From: Podarcis cretensis
Lineage: Eukaryota
DNA: 64,000 nt
Assembly: GCA_951804945.1 (NCBI GenBank)
Contig: OX638151.1
Coordinates: forward strand, 74,090,001 to 74,154,000
Reading direction: 5' to 3'
The notes below the pieces were generated by a model that did not search any database, was not told the origin of the DNA, and saw only the letters and a list, made by a program, of their open reading frames with translations. Positions 23,675-36,479 of the stretch are shown here, piece by piece; within the stretch, counting starts at the first letter, position 1, and each line of letters starts with the position of its first letter. The position numbers and the translations under genes were made by a program.

Positions 23675-24589
23675 AATGTTTGGCTGGCTGGCTAACTAGG
23701 TTGGAAGGTGCAGCAGGTGCTGCCTACTAGGAGATGCTACCGAGCTTCGGAACCAGTGGTGGCTAAAAGCCATGAGATCGATTGTGCCATAACTTTCCTT
23801 TAGTTTCAGCTCCTTCCTTGGTGGAATATTGCTACTGGGCTTGGTGGACAAAATTGTTCAGAGAGGCTCCTTGATCACTACAGCCTGCTCTTGATAGCAC
23901 AGGAAACCATGATTTGTGGCAGCCAAGTAGTTAATTACGCAAATCTTGTATTGTTGCAAGTAGATAACAAAATATGGGGACACAAGGAGAATTTAAAAAG
24001 ACTTCTGCTTTTGATATAAGAATAATTGATATTTTTTAAAGGAAACATCTTGATGCTGCTGTACTTGCTAGCGAAATGAAGAGACTAGCAATTCCAATTA
24101 AGCTACAAATGAAATCTGAGCCTTATATGGTTATTAGAGAAAGTCCTTGCTAATGATTTGAAACTGAACTGTATTCACACTAACAGTTTTGATTGTAACA
24201 GGAGTGTCTAGCTTTAAAAAAAAAAAGTTACTGGCCTGGACTTGTTCACAGTGCTTGTGTGGGTAAATCAACAGTGTGAAAAGGAGTAAGAATTTTCAAA
24301 GCTGCTTAAGACTGCAACTATGTGAAATGCTAAATGCTTGGTAACAAGGACAAACATTCTCCTATTTCTTATTGTTCCTAGAAGTTATCTAAGGTGTGGG
24401 AAAGTTAATTCAGACTATCAGGCAGCCTCTCAATACATTTGCTTACCCATGCCTATGGTCCATCACTTAGCTTATCATAACAATAAAACCCTTAAGTTTG
24501 GCATACAGCTGTTTCTGGAATATATATGGATACTTTTGTATGAGCAGCATGAACTGCTATAAAATCTGTCAGTATTACTGAATTGTTTA

Positions 24590-24595
24590 AATAAA
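24590..24595 (+). terminator. SESN1: Candidate SESN1 polyadenylation signal AATAAA
   Basis: AATAAA about 0.9 kb after the stop codon, followed by a T/GT-rich tract. Alternative hexamers lie at 24482 and about 24780. Confidence 0.55.
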
Positions 24596-25577
24596 ACAAT
24601 TTTTGTTCTGTTCTTATTTCAGGCTTTTATTTGAACTAGCATTAACTAGTCTAGAGTAGTGAGTGCGATATCTGGCCCTGCACTGCTGTCTATGTGTGTT
24701 TGAGGGGAAAGAACAAAAAACTAAAATGCAACCCTTGACAGTTTAACAGGAAGCATCTGCTATTTCCTCTAGTAAAAAAAATAAAATACAAGGTTTATGC
24801 TGATCCAAAAAATCATAGAACGAATGTGTGGTTCTTAAATTGGCTTAGGCTAAAACATACCTTCTACTAATTGCTGTATAAAGCAATTGAAGTCTAATAA
24901 TATCAACATCCAAAGATGTTCTCAGTTCAAGGATATTGTATAAAGCTGATGCTTGCCTCTTTGCAGGTTGTTTAGTTTCAGTTTTAAAACAGATGCGGTC
25001 CTTTTTTTAAAGCATCAGAGGGAAGAGTAGAATATAGTAGTTTTGCATTAAACCAAATAGGAGCTAATGATGCAAAATCTCCTATAGAGGTTATTTGGGC
25101 ATGTGCCTCTTCTGTATAATGTAGTAGAGATTTTCCACCACTATTTTGTTGATAGCAAGTTATATAAAAATTTCCAAGATAAAAAGTAATAATCAGTTTC
25201 TCTATGGGCAATGTCTTAGTTGAGTTAGTATGAGAACACGCCATTATCTAAAAAACAGTTGTATGAAATATAGGATCGGGGGGCAATGTCTAATTTTAGC
25301 TACACACATGAAAAAAAACCTCTTAATGCTGATTTAGTGCACCTCTAAATTTCTGGAAACCACAGAAGGGGAGGCCAGAAGTTGCTATTTTCCCCCATTA
25401 AGGCTCTATTTTCTACAATCCGATCTAATAAATGCATATTTAATATCCCAAGTCAACAGGACAAGGAACAGTGAATCCTTGCTCATCATGAGATAATCAC
25501 TTTTCTGCAAACTTCTACTGTCTTGGGACATATTTTTAGCTTTCTAAAAAGACACACAAACCATATGCTGTAGCTGG

Positions 25578-25583
25578 TTTATT
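25578..25583 (-). terminator. ARMC2: Candidate proximal ARMC2 poly(A) signal AATAAA
   Basis: TTTATT on the + strand, about 175 nt past the ARMC2 stop codon. Confidence 0.5.
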
Positions 25584-25756
25584 TTTACATCCCTAAATGC
25601 CACTGGAAATTTAAGAAAAGGTATCATACAATGAACGTACATGCTAATACAAAAGAAAACTACCTAAAGCCACTTTCTGTCAAAGCACTTTGAGTGCAAC
25701 AACTTTGCATAAACGGCCACTGGAGTATCCTCAGCACCCACCTTAAAATAAGGAAT

Positions 25757-25881
25757 TCAAAAGTTACAGTTTTGAATCCTCTGGAGAAGCTTCTGCGCCA
25801 CAGGTTTGAACTCTGTTTCCCAGTAAAGTTTGTGATAATCTCTTAAATCGTCCAAATTGTAATCCAGAGCTAATTCTTCAT
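25757..25881 (-). CDS. ARMC2: ARMC2 last coding exon, DEELALDY...WETEFKPVAQKLLQRIQNCNF*
   Basis: ctgcag|AT to TGA at 25759-25757. Confidence 0.94.
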
Positions 25882-26209
25882 CTGCAGCAAGAACAACGAT
25901 GACATTATCAGTCAATATGAAACAGAACAATGCATTTAAATTATTTAGGGTCTCTTCACAGGACGTGCAGGATTTTCCTTTTAGTAAACATGAGTAAGAC
26001 TGAGAAAAATAGTGCCAATGTCTTCTTAAAAATCCACCTTGTGCATGTGACAGCAGTGAGTGTTGATCCTGGTCTAGATAGAACACTGCATAGATAATTT
26101 CACACAGCTGCTATACTGCCATTTGAACAAGAGGTAGTTTCTCACTAAATATGGCTTAGTTGGATTCAACACAATAGAATTACAATTATCAGAAGTAGAG
26201 GTAAAACAC

Positions 26210-26860
26210 TGGAGCCCTGCTGGATTAGACAAAGACGCTATTTAGTACAGCATCACGGCCCACAGCTGACTGCTTCTGGACAGCTCTCAAGACAGGCCTG
26301 AAGGCAACAGTCCTCCCCTATGTTTTGCTCCTCACCACAGTTGGTATTCGGAGACATGCTTCCTCCGAACATGAAGGTACTATTATAGCGCATAGCTATT
26401 GACAAAAATACACCCCCCATGGATTTTAGGCAATCTATGCCTGTGGCCATTACCATTATTTATGGCATTTGCTGCCATAAGGTACGTGTGCATTTTGTGA
26501 AGTGCTTTCATTTGTTTTGAAACTACTGCCAGTCACTTTCATGGCATTAACACTAAATTCTAGTATTACCTAAGAGGAAGAAAAATACATTCCATTCCCT
26601 TAATGACTTCATTAAATTCTGTCATGCCTCTGCCTTTTGCATTTCCCTCCCAGCAAACTGAAGACAATATGGGTGATATCCAGTTGTGGTTTCCCACCTG
26701 CACAAAAAGGAATTCGTCTCCTTCCCCAGAATCCTTCAGAGCAGTTAAGGAAGACTTTTTGAATCTTACTAGCAAACACTCTATCTAGGGTAGGTGTCCA
26801 ACCTCTTCTTGCGAGGGGGTAACCAGCACTATACGTAGTATTCAGAATACGGCTGCCTGA
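26210..26860 (-). mobile_element. Degraded CR1 LINE fragments in the last ARMC2 intron
   Basis: Similar to the 11247-11637 element (ctggattagac...; gtggccattaccat). Translations include VMATGIDCLK and EVIKGME. Confidence 0.6.
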
Positions 26861-26927
26861 GTGAGTAGCTTCTGTATTTTCATTCTACTTGTTAAGAAAG
26901 GTAATGAGACTGGCTTTTACAGCTTAC

Positions 26928-27088
26928 CTAAAAATGATGCAAGGATAACGAGCAAGGTGTTTGATTCGTCATCTTCAAAGCAAGCTTTGGCCATGCTAAC
27001 ATTCTCACTGTAGTTCCACAAAGTTTTACATATCAAACAAGCCAGCTGCCAGTCTGTAGGCCCAAAGTCTCTCAAACAATCGATCAAC
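26928..27088 (-). CDS. ARMC2: ARMC2 coding exon 16, LIDCLRDFGPTDWQLACL...LASFL
   Basis: caacag|G to TAG|gtaagc, 161 nt. Confidence 0.96.
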
Positions 27089-27242
27089 CTGTTGCAATAA
27101 TGGAGTAAAGATAGTTTTACACTTTTGTCAGGACTACCTTTTCTGTGGCTGTCCTTAAACCTGGATGTTTCTCTCCACCCCAACATAAACATCAGTAAAA
27201 GCTCACTTAACTCTCCAACTCCCACTAGTTTTCTGAACTCAC

Positions 27243-27375
27243 TTTTTAATTCCTCCTTCTTCGTTCAATATACTACGCCTGCTTTTATCCACTGTAAGAT
27301 TGAGGAGAACTCCACAGGCTGAAAAGCAGACATCCTGGTGTTTGGTATCGAGCAAAGCGATCATGAACTTGTACA
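27243..27375 (-). CDS. ARMC2: ARMC2 coding exon 15, VYKFMIALLDTKHQDVCFSACGVLLNLTVDK...GGIK
   Basis: atctag|TG to AAA|gtgagt, 133 nt; read manually. Confidence 0.95.
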
Positions 27376-28025
27376 CTAGATAGCACAGCAAAAAATAACT
27401 ATTTCAGAGAACAAGATTGTCTTTAAGAATTTTCACAGTGTTAACAATGAAACAAATGTGTGTTGAGAGTTTGAAGAACCCAACAACCCATGAATTTATC
27501 TGGTGCACTGCCGGAATACCACTCTCGCACTCCCAGCATTCAAGTTGCAGGTATCTAATGCTAAACAATATGAGCACTACAAAGCTGAATCATTAAACTT
27601 CTTTATTATAGCAACTAAAATAAGATGTGCTTTACCAACAGCTCAGACTGTTAACATCTTTGCTTTTATCATTACCTACATGCTCAACAACAAGATGGGC
27701 CATAGGTGTTCTTGAACTTCCCTCCAATTCTTGCAAGCTCTGCCTTTTTGATGGTTTATCTGCTACGATTTCAGAGTGGCCCTAGCCATGGAGAGTTATT
27801 ATGATGTATCTGCCCAACATTACCTGTTCTGGTATAATGAGAATCTCTGAATTCCAAGGGCTATAAGCAGCCTATCGGACACATTGTTCTAAGCCATATG
27901 CTTTCAAATGGCGCCATTTTGGTGTAGATGGATTTTAGCACTCGATATGTTAAACTTGAATAGGCAACATATTGTAGTCATGTAACTGATATTTATTTAT
28001 TTGGTCTAATGGGACAGAAACTCAC

Positions 28026-28139
28026 CCTTTCGCTGTATGATGAAGTCACAGATTTCATGGCATTGTGAAAGATTACCAAAGACTCGAATGGCCTCCAGAA
28101 TTCCATCCATATTACTGCTCATTAGTAGCTTTAAAAGCA
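28026..28139 (-). CDS. ARMC2: ARMC2 coding exon 14, LLLKLLMSSNMDGILEAIRVFGNLSQ...QRK
   Basis: taacag|TG to AGG|gtgagt, 114 nt. Confidence 0.95.
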
Positions 28140-28855
28140 CTGTTAGTACAGAAGCAGAAAAGATGCACTTAGCATAGTTCAAGAAATTGGTCACCTTTGC
28201 AACACAGTTAAATGATGGAAGCAAATTTACAACGTAGAGGAATGGAAGTAGGAAAGCTCAATGCCCGGAGTCTGCTGGAAACTAAACCACTGAATCTCTG
28301 TCATATGAAAATATTGATGTGTGACTAGACAAGCACATTTTGGTTACACTTGGTAAGCCAGCAATAACTCAGTATCACTCACTCAGTTTTCGGTATTCTA
28401 AAATAATTTCTAGTTCTCCTGTAACTACAACTCCAAAAAAACTACCTAGTGTATAATAAATCCAAGGAAATACTCAGTTTCTAGTCTTGGAATATGTGTA
28501 GACTCCTGTTAATGCCTTCTCATTTAATGTTTTTGAGCCCAATACTTGAGCTTTAAATTTGATATCATAGTTTTTAATCTACAATGGGAAAGAGCAACTT
28601 TGAGTTTAGATCTACACCCAACCTGCTGTTCTCCAGCCTAATCAGTTTGCAAACTGAGCAAATTTCATATTCATCATTACATCCACAAGGATTATCAAAT
28701 GAGAACAGCTTTACCAACCAAAACTGAGAAAGTAGATAACAGCTATCTTATTTCAGTGCTATTTCTCACTGTTGCTCAATACTATGAGAGATATTATATC
28801 ATTATAATAACAGAAATATGATATACTAATCTTTTTAAATAAAAAAAATCCTTAC

Positions 28856-28978
28856 ACTCTGCAATATATAATTTCTTCTCCTGGATTACAGAATTCTTCA
28901 CTTGGTAGAAAGATAAATTGCTGATTGTTGCTGTGGTATTAATAACCAGCTCCTCACATTCATCAACTGATTTGTTTT
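28856..28978 (-). CDS. ARMC2: ARMC2 coding exon 13, ENKSVDECEELVIN...KLYIAE
   Basis: tactag|AA to AGT|gtaagg, 123 nt. Confidence 0.95.
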
Positions 28979-30211
28979 CTAGTAATTTGGACAAAAAAAG
29001 ACATGCGTTTTTTCAAGACACTTAACATTTTGACACTTCGGTGACTGTTGTTCACAACATTCCTACATAAAAGAAAGCTTTGGGCCATTCCAAAACCGCA
29101 TTGTGATCATGCCTGGTTTTTCCATGAGGTGTTTATATGTGCCCATTCTCCTTGCTAAAATGTAAATCCTTCACACTGCTATTTTAATAAGCAATATGCA
29201 GCAAGACTTGTGAAAATTTGCAAGTGAGAGGAGAGAGGCTTTCAAGACATGTCAATGCCAGTCCTTACTTATATGGGCTCTCAAATTTATATCCATCAAA
29301 GCTGAGTGCATTATCACAGAATACAGCCCCAGCAATCCTGCTTACCATTGATACCAGTTTGTTGGTGTAGCATAGTGGCCCAAAAGACTGAATACATCAA
29401 CTAATTAGGTGGTCTTAATCAAGCAACTCTCTCTGTACCTCAACCATCCTATCTGCAATATGGGAGATATTATCACATTACCTTAGAGGGATGTTGTAAG
29501 GATTACAAACCGAATGCATACGTGAAGAACTCTGAAAGCTTGAGTGTGCTATACAAACATTTAAGTATTATGCATTTATGATGTATGCCCACCACTATTC
29601 TCTACACTGCACTACAGAAAAACCTGGTGAAATTCTAAGTCACACTGACCTAGTAGTAAGCTCCATTAAAATGTGAAAAGGAGCTTGGTTCCAGTGGCTT
29701 AAGGCTTCATGGTCATATAATTAGAAAATACACCATCTTCCCTCTGGTTTCAGTATTGTTTTTGCAGCAGAGAGAAGAAAATCAGCATGGTCGGCTTGCT
29801 TTGTTTTCTCAATGGGCTAAATCAGCAAAGGGTACCTGAGTTTCTGAGGGTGGGAGCTGGAACTGGCTAGAGGGTACAGGGTGGTGTGAAGAGGTTCAGT
29901 TTTGAGATGCTGAACTTAATATAGGAAATATCAGGGAGAGAAATGACATGCACTATGGTTTATAGGAGATCGAATAGGGGATTGCTGGTATGCAGCAGTT
30001 GAAACAGCAGACAAGCTTGCAGATAAATGAAGATGATGGTGAATATGGTTTGGGGGATGTCTGGAAAAATACTAGGGAAATATTGGAGATGCAGCCAGTT
30101 TTATAGTATCATTAATCAACCAATTTCATCATGTTAGCAGGATTTAAATTATTTCACTATGGGAAACTTAAGGAAAAACGTTTCTTCCTCTAAGAACAAA
30201 GCAGTTCTTAC

Positions 30212-30524
30212 CTAGTACCATAATGAGTAATGTCACAATATGATGGTTTGTTGCCAGACTTGTGCCTACAGTGGGATGGATGGACAAATTGGCAACCACT
30301 CTTACAAGTTTGATGAGCACATCTTCTGCTTCAGACGGATGCTTGAGATTTTTTATATCGCCATCACCTTTCAGCAGTTTACTATTTAAATCAGCTTCAC
30401 AATTAGCCTGGAATATTGCTATCAGGGTATTAATGCTTCCTTGCACCTCAAAAAACTGTTCCCGGGCCCGGTTGTTCTTTGCTGTTAAATTTCCAAGAAT
30501 AAAAATGATACGGATGACTAAATC
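30212..30524 (-). CDS. ARMC2: ARMC2 coding exon 12, DLVIRIIFILGNLTAKNN...LLIMVL
   Basis: ttccag|GAT to TAG|gtaaga, 313 nt. Confidence 0.95.
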
Positions 30525-33500
30525 CTGGAATTAAAGAAGATGGAAACATCCCTGCTGTAAGTAAAAGTGATCAATAATGGTTTGCAAGAAGAAGATGGTC
30601 GTCTTTACTTCAGTTAATATCTACTGTACAGTATTTTAAAATGAAAAAAACCCACAGCATGTAAAATTACCTCTCTTCTGTCTCATGTCATAACCTTACA
30701 GAAGCCAAGAATGCCTTTTGATATTTTAAAAACAGAATGTGTTAATAGTCCTAAGTACATATATTTCTATTTTAAAGTGTTTTTATTTTATGGTGGTACT
30801 GTATTAGCTGTATTTTATTGTTTTATTACAGTTTTGTTTATTTTAATCCCCATATGTGAATGCAGGAATACCTTTCTTTGTTAGTTACCAAGCAACTGAT
30901 GAATCAGGAGAACAAAGTTAAAATATTTTTGACTTTCTCTTTTTGTTAAAATGCAGCAGTCTGAAAACAAGACTGTCCAGTCATAAATTAGAATTATCAG
31001 CTAGATATAATCAATTTATATCTCGCACCTTCACACATTTATGTTCTCAGGACAGCTAGCACAGTAGGGCAAGGCTATCAACAGCTATGAGCTACAATGG
31101 CTATGTTTCACCTCCACTGTCGGAGGCATGATGCTTCTGACTATAATAATTTATTATTTATACCCCGCCCATCTGGCTGGGTTTCCCAGTTGCAGGGAAC
31201 TGCAGGGAGAGAGCTGAAGCACTCATCTCCAGCTTGCAAGCTTCCCATAGGCATCCGATTTGCCATTGTGAGATGGGCCACTGGTACAATCCAGCAGGCT
31301 TGTTATGGGGTCTTACATAGCAAGAAACAAAACACCACCACAAATAAGACCTTGGACTGACAGATTTAAAGTTAGTTCAATAGGCTGGTGGTCTGAGACT
31401 GAATATACTGTTCTACCAATGGTATTACCACCAGACAAAGTGCTCTGGCTGTGTTATTATTTGTTGCATACATCAGGTCCATGCTGTTATGCAGTTTGCT
31501 ATACCAGAATACTTATTTTCTATGTAACATTCTAGGCTATGGAAAGACATAAATAAAAGGGTGTGATAGGGTGGGATTTCTACTGTGAGATTGTGGGCTC
31601 ACAGAAAATTACTAAAATAAGTCTGGCATTGCATTAGTAGTGTAAATTTCAGGGAACTATAGTACAGACTAGAGGAAGCGATGGAAGGTTTCAGAATTCT
31701 GATACTTTTTTGCACAAGAAGAAAAATAAAACATGCACTAGTCAGCCCACAGAAAACAAGTCTCCCATATCTCTATTCCCTGTGGGAGGTGGCTATAAGA
31801 CATGCAGAGCTACTCATAAGTATTTCATCAGGAGTAAATTCTTATCTTCAAAGTCATTTTAGGCTGGAACTTTGTCCTCAATAGTCCATTGGTTGGTGTC
31901 ATGAATTCTTCAATGAGTCTAATCACTCTGATTTGATTGGATATTCCATAATTTTAAAATCTATGTTTCAGCTTTAGTAAAGAAGAATAGAACTTTAATG
32001 GAAGAAAGTTACTCCTGAAGCATGAAATGCAATAGCTGTCAGTCATTAAATCTTAAACAGATGAGCATTAACAACAGCATGAGCTGGGAGGGCAGATTTG
32101 TTGAGACTTGGTCCAAAATACAGAAACTATTATCCTTATGTAGTAGAACACATGATTTCTTTATATCTCTATTAGTATCCTAAAACTAAAATTATTACAT
32201 TTTTGTTCTAAATTTATTTCCCTTGAACTAAGTCCCAATAATTTCAGATAACTTCATTCTAAGTAAGAATTATTCAGCCTAAAACAGCCCAGCCTCGTAC
32301 CAGTGACATTACCAAGAAGAAAGAGTGACCCATTGTGGCTGGTTTTGGCCCAGTCACCACAAAAATCCCCTGGGGAATTGGTATAGATTTGAGTAAACCC
32401 ACATCTCTTTAAGGATTACAAACTTCTCACTTTAAAAGTAAAGCAATCCCTATTGAAGATTTAAAAGGTGGGGGCTTTGACCTCAAGCACATAAATTCAA
32501 CTGAAGTCAGTGGGGCTTAAAGCAAGACATCCCTATTTAGCTGTTCATGCATCATTTGGGTATCACTGGTCATACCCTTTTCATGTGCTTAACATGTTAA
32601 AGAACAGACCCTAGTACAAATATTCTTGGGACACTCACTATAACTTCTTGTCACTGTGAAGAAAGGTCATTAGCCTCTGCTTCTCTATTCTTCTGAGATG
32701 TTGGCCAATTGCCCACCGGGCATAAAAGGCCAAAGGATTCGGGTGAAACATTTTTTTTTAATTCCCAGTACAAAATAACAATTTTTATCCGCTCAGCATT
32801 TCCCACAGATTTGTGAGATAACAAAGGGAATTTTATATTATCTTAGTTATCATGGGGTGGCTTCCTGCTTTTAAACACATTTCCTCTTGGAAGGCCTGTT
32901 TTCAATGGCATTTACCTACAAGTACAAATTCTTATGATCAGACTAAGGCTGAAATGCACACTTACTTTGGTGTGCCCAATGACTCCAGTAAGATTTATCT
33001 ATGAGTAAGCATGAACAGAGTCAGACTACTTAGCACTTAAAGCAAGGGGTAAGCAAGTGCAAGGCTTGTGAAATATGTCTAGTACACTGAAGCTTGGCAC
33101 CATGCACTGTTGTCACCCATCCATTGTAGCACTGCTACTGTGTGATAACTTTCTTGCAGGCCTGGTGGCAGCAGCGGATGCTGTGGTGGAGCTGCACCTC
33201 TCGTTTGACCTCTGTCTTGCTGACACTCTGCAGAATACATGAACAGAGAAAGGGAGGGGTGCAGGGGCAGCGAGGCAGGCATGGTGGAGCCAATGTCTGG
33301 CTGGAGGTCAGAATCAAAGTTTGGCCCGATATAACATATAGGCCTTATATTGCTTATTTCCGATAATGAAGTCCATGAGGAGAAATGTCAAGGGTGGGGA
33401 ATTCAACGCAGCATCAAGAAGGGTGAGAGCTTGCTCAACAGGACTTCTTCCCCCGATGTGCCCCTTAAACCTGTTCTAGGTTCCCCCAACTCTTCAGAGC

Positions 33501-33866
33501 ATATTTGGGGGCACAGGATCAAGCAAGGGAGGAAGAAAGGAGAAAAGTCTCATTGTGCAAGCGGATATTGTTCTATTTGTGCAACAACTCAGCTGAATCC
33601 CGCCCCAACACTCCAAAAACAACTCATCTGTATGCTAAGAAGAAGAAGGGAGTTAATCAACTGCCTGTCCCTTATATCGCCCCCGCTGTTAATCTAAGTT
33701 GAGTCCATTTCAATAATTTACTATTTAGAAATGCTGTCAACCGTTTAAAATTTCTATCTTGTAAATGCACATGAAAGTAGGTCACTGAATATGGGCTTAC
33801 ACACATACGACACCACAGACACATCCGAGGATTAAAATATAAAAAGCAGGAGATGAAAAAACTGAC

Positions 33867-33966
33867 CTGCTTCTTTGGGTGTTTGTTTAGCAGGGCTAAA
33901 AATAAGACGTAACATCTGGAGCAATCTGCCAAAGCTGTACAGCAGTCATTGAAGGAAGAAAGTTTG
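33867..33966 (-). CDS. ARMC2: ARMC2 coding exon 11, KLSSFNDCCTALADCSRCYVLFLALLNKHPKKQ
   Basis: atacag|C to CAG|gtcagt, 100 nt. Confidence 0.95.
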
Positions 33967-35818
33967 CTGTATGTTTAAAAATAATAGCATGCATCAGTAG
34001 GGTAGCTTTTCCTACAGTTGTCCCCTGCTCTTGCCCAAGCCAAGTCATTTGCTCCATTTTTAAATATTTTTCAGTGTTCATACTGATAGGCTAGAATTCT
34101 GGTCCAATTCAGTAAAGATAAGGATTATATAACAGAGGAGCTGAGCCGTTATGAATGAATAGCTAATTATATTGCATAGGACAATGACAATCAAAAGCTG
34201 AATCTGAGATCTCCAGTTAAAGTGGAAGACAAGAAAACCATTGCCTCCTTGGGACCCAGACAGAATGCTAAATCCAAGGTTTCAGCTGTGGTGCTGCCTA
34301 CCCCTTTCTCTCTCTCTTTCTCTCCACACAAACACCCACCCCTCCCCATCCAGGCCAACATGCCTCAAAGGAAAGTGCAAAGGAACATGGATCTTCAGTA
34401 TGGGCAAAGGAGAAGCAGCAGCAGCAGCAGCAGCATGACCCCCACAGCCCCCCTCCCTTACCTCCTTTTCTTAAGAACCTAAATGCATTTATCTGGGAGT
34501 CAGTTCTACTGAACTCAATGGGGCTTATTTATGAATAGGCACATAGAGGATTGCACTGTAAAACCCTTCCTTCCTTGTCATGCCCCCTCGGAGCCTCAAT
34601 AAGGGAAGGTTCAGAAGCAGATGAAGCATCCATCACAGCTGTTCTGGGAAAGAAAAGGCTTTATACTGACTGGTAGAGACAATAGTAGGGTGAGATAGTG
34701 GAGTGCATCCCTGAATTGCATTGCTATACCTAGAAGTGATGTTTACTCAGAGTGCAAAGGTAATCAAATGGTGCCACAGAAATACTGGGGGGGGGGGGGC
34801 AGGGAGAAGCAGGGCATGTGCTTTTCCTTATTTCAGCTGGAAACAGTGACAGAAAGGAGTGTAATTGGGTTTATGGGTTGTTGACAAAGGGTCCATGGGT
34901 TTCAAAATGAGCAAAATAACACTAAATCCAAGAAACATATGAGCAGGGTGTGTGGTCCTGTGACAATGGGATGTGATAACAATGAGCAGTGGTATGGAAC
35001 AACTGAGGGCTACAATGCACAAACAATGTACAAAGCGGATATGGAAAATGTGGATTTGCAAAGAAGAGCCCAGTAACAGTTGCTCTGGGAAATTTGAGAT
35101 ACAGGCCTTTCAGTGATTTGTGGACATCCTTCCTTAACTGATTATGCCAAGGATTGAACCTAGGAATGTGTATGTGCAAAGGAATTGCTTCCCAGCTCAA
35201 TTTCTACAGAAGTTCCTTTCATGATTTTTGCATGGGGTTCTTGGGCTTAGCAATGCTGGTGACTCATGCACAAAGGAGAGACCAAACAGAGATTTAGTTA
35301 ATAATGTCATACGACTTGAGGAGGCAAAACATATTTAATTCTGCAGGTACAGCCTGCATGTGCAACTGGGTCCTATTTCAGGCAAGGCAAATGCAAGCAG
35401 TGGTGCCATCAGGACAGAACTTTGGGGTCAGTGAAATGAGCAAAACACCAGAGAGCTAGCTTGCCATGTTGTGAAGTAAGCAAAATAGCCAACACTGCTA
35501 TTTAAAGAGAAAAGGGGCACCATAAAAACCACGAAGTCCAGGGTCTAAAATTCCCTAACTGCATACAAGCTGACTTCGGTACTTAAGGACTGTTTCTGTG
35601 TATGTCCATTTATGTGACTTAAGTCTATGAGGCAGAACATTTCCCCTTCAAAACAATATCCGCAACAATATTTCAAGGATTAAAGCTGCACACATACAAA
35701 AGATGGTAGTACAAAATAAACCAGCATGGCTGGGGATGGAGGTGAAGAAGTGGGTACTGCAAGTATTTGTTCTGTGGGAAACAAACAAATTGTATTGCAT
35801 TTCTTTAAAGGACTTTAC

Positions 35819-35964
35819 CTGAATATTCTGGCCACATTGGTGCAGACATCCTTGTCGTTCATACGCTTCTCCAACATCAGACAAAGCTCTGGAATTGCTT
35901 CAGAGTCCAGGAACTTGCACCTTGACTGAGGCAAGTCAACCAAGTTCCGCAAAGTGGCAGTGAG
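35819..35964 (-). CDS. ARMC2: ARMC2 coding exon 10, LTATLRNLVDLP...DVCTNVARIF(S)
   Basis: ctccag|CTC to CAG|gtaaag, 146 nt. Confidence 0.95.
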
Positions 35965-36479
35965 CTGGAGAAAATATATTTAAACATGAATAAATCATCA
36001 CATTATTATGAGTCCCAGACACTTTTGAAAATTTAACAAGGTTAGATCTAGCCTAAGCCTCCTCTGATGGCCGCTCTAAGAAACTCTACAGACATGTATG
36101 AAATAGTGTGGATTATTTAAACTCTGGAATACAAAGCAATGATGCAGACATAATTTAAAAAAACAGGATAGAGGACAGCACGAGTCGCATTTCTCTATTT
36201 TGAAAGCAGACAGTATGTTGTTCCTTCCCTGGATACAAGTGAATCCATCTCCTCCTGCCTTTTGACCTGTCTTGTTTATCTAGTATCTCTTCACAACTGG
36301 GCAGGGAACTACTGCCTGTGCGTGTGATGATCCTTCCTTTTTTTAGCCAAAATACTAGAGCAAACCATGACAGACACTCCTAGATGAAACCAAATTTCCT
36401 AAACCCATTTCAATCTAGCTTCTGACCAAGGACTGGGGCCAATATTTACCTTCACCAGGAGACAAACAGAAGGAGTACA

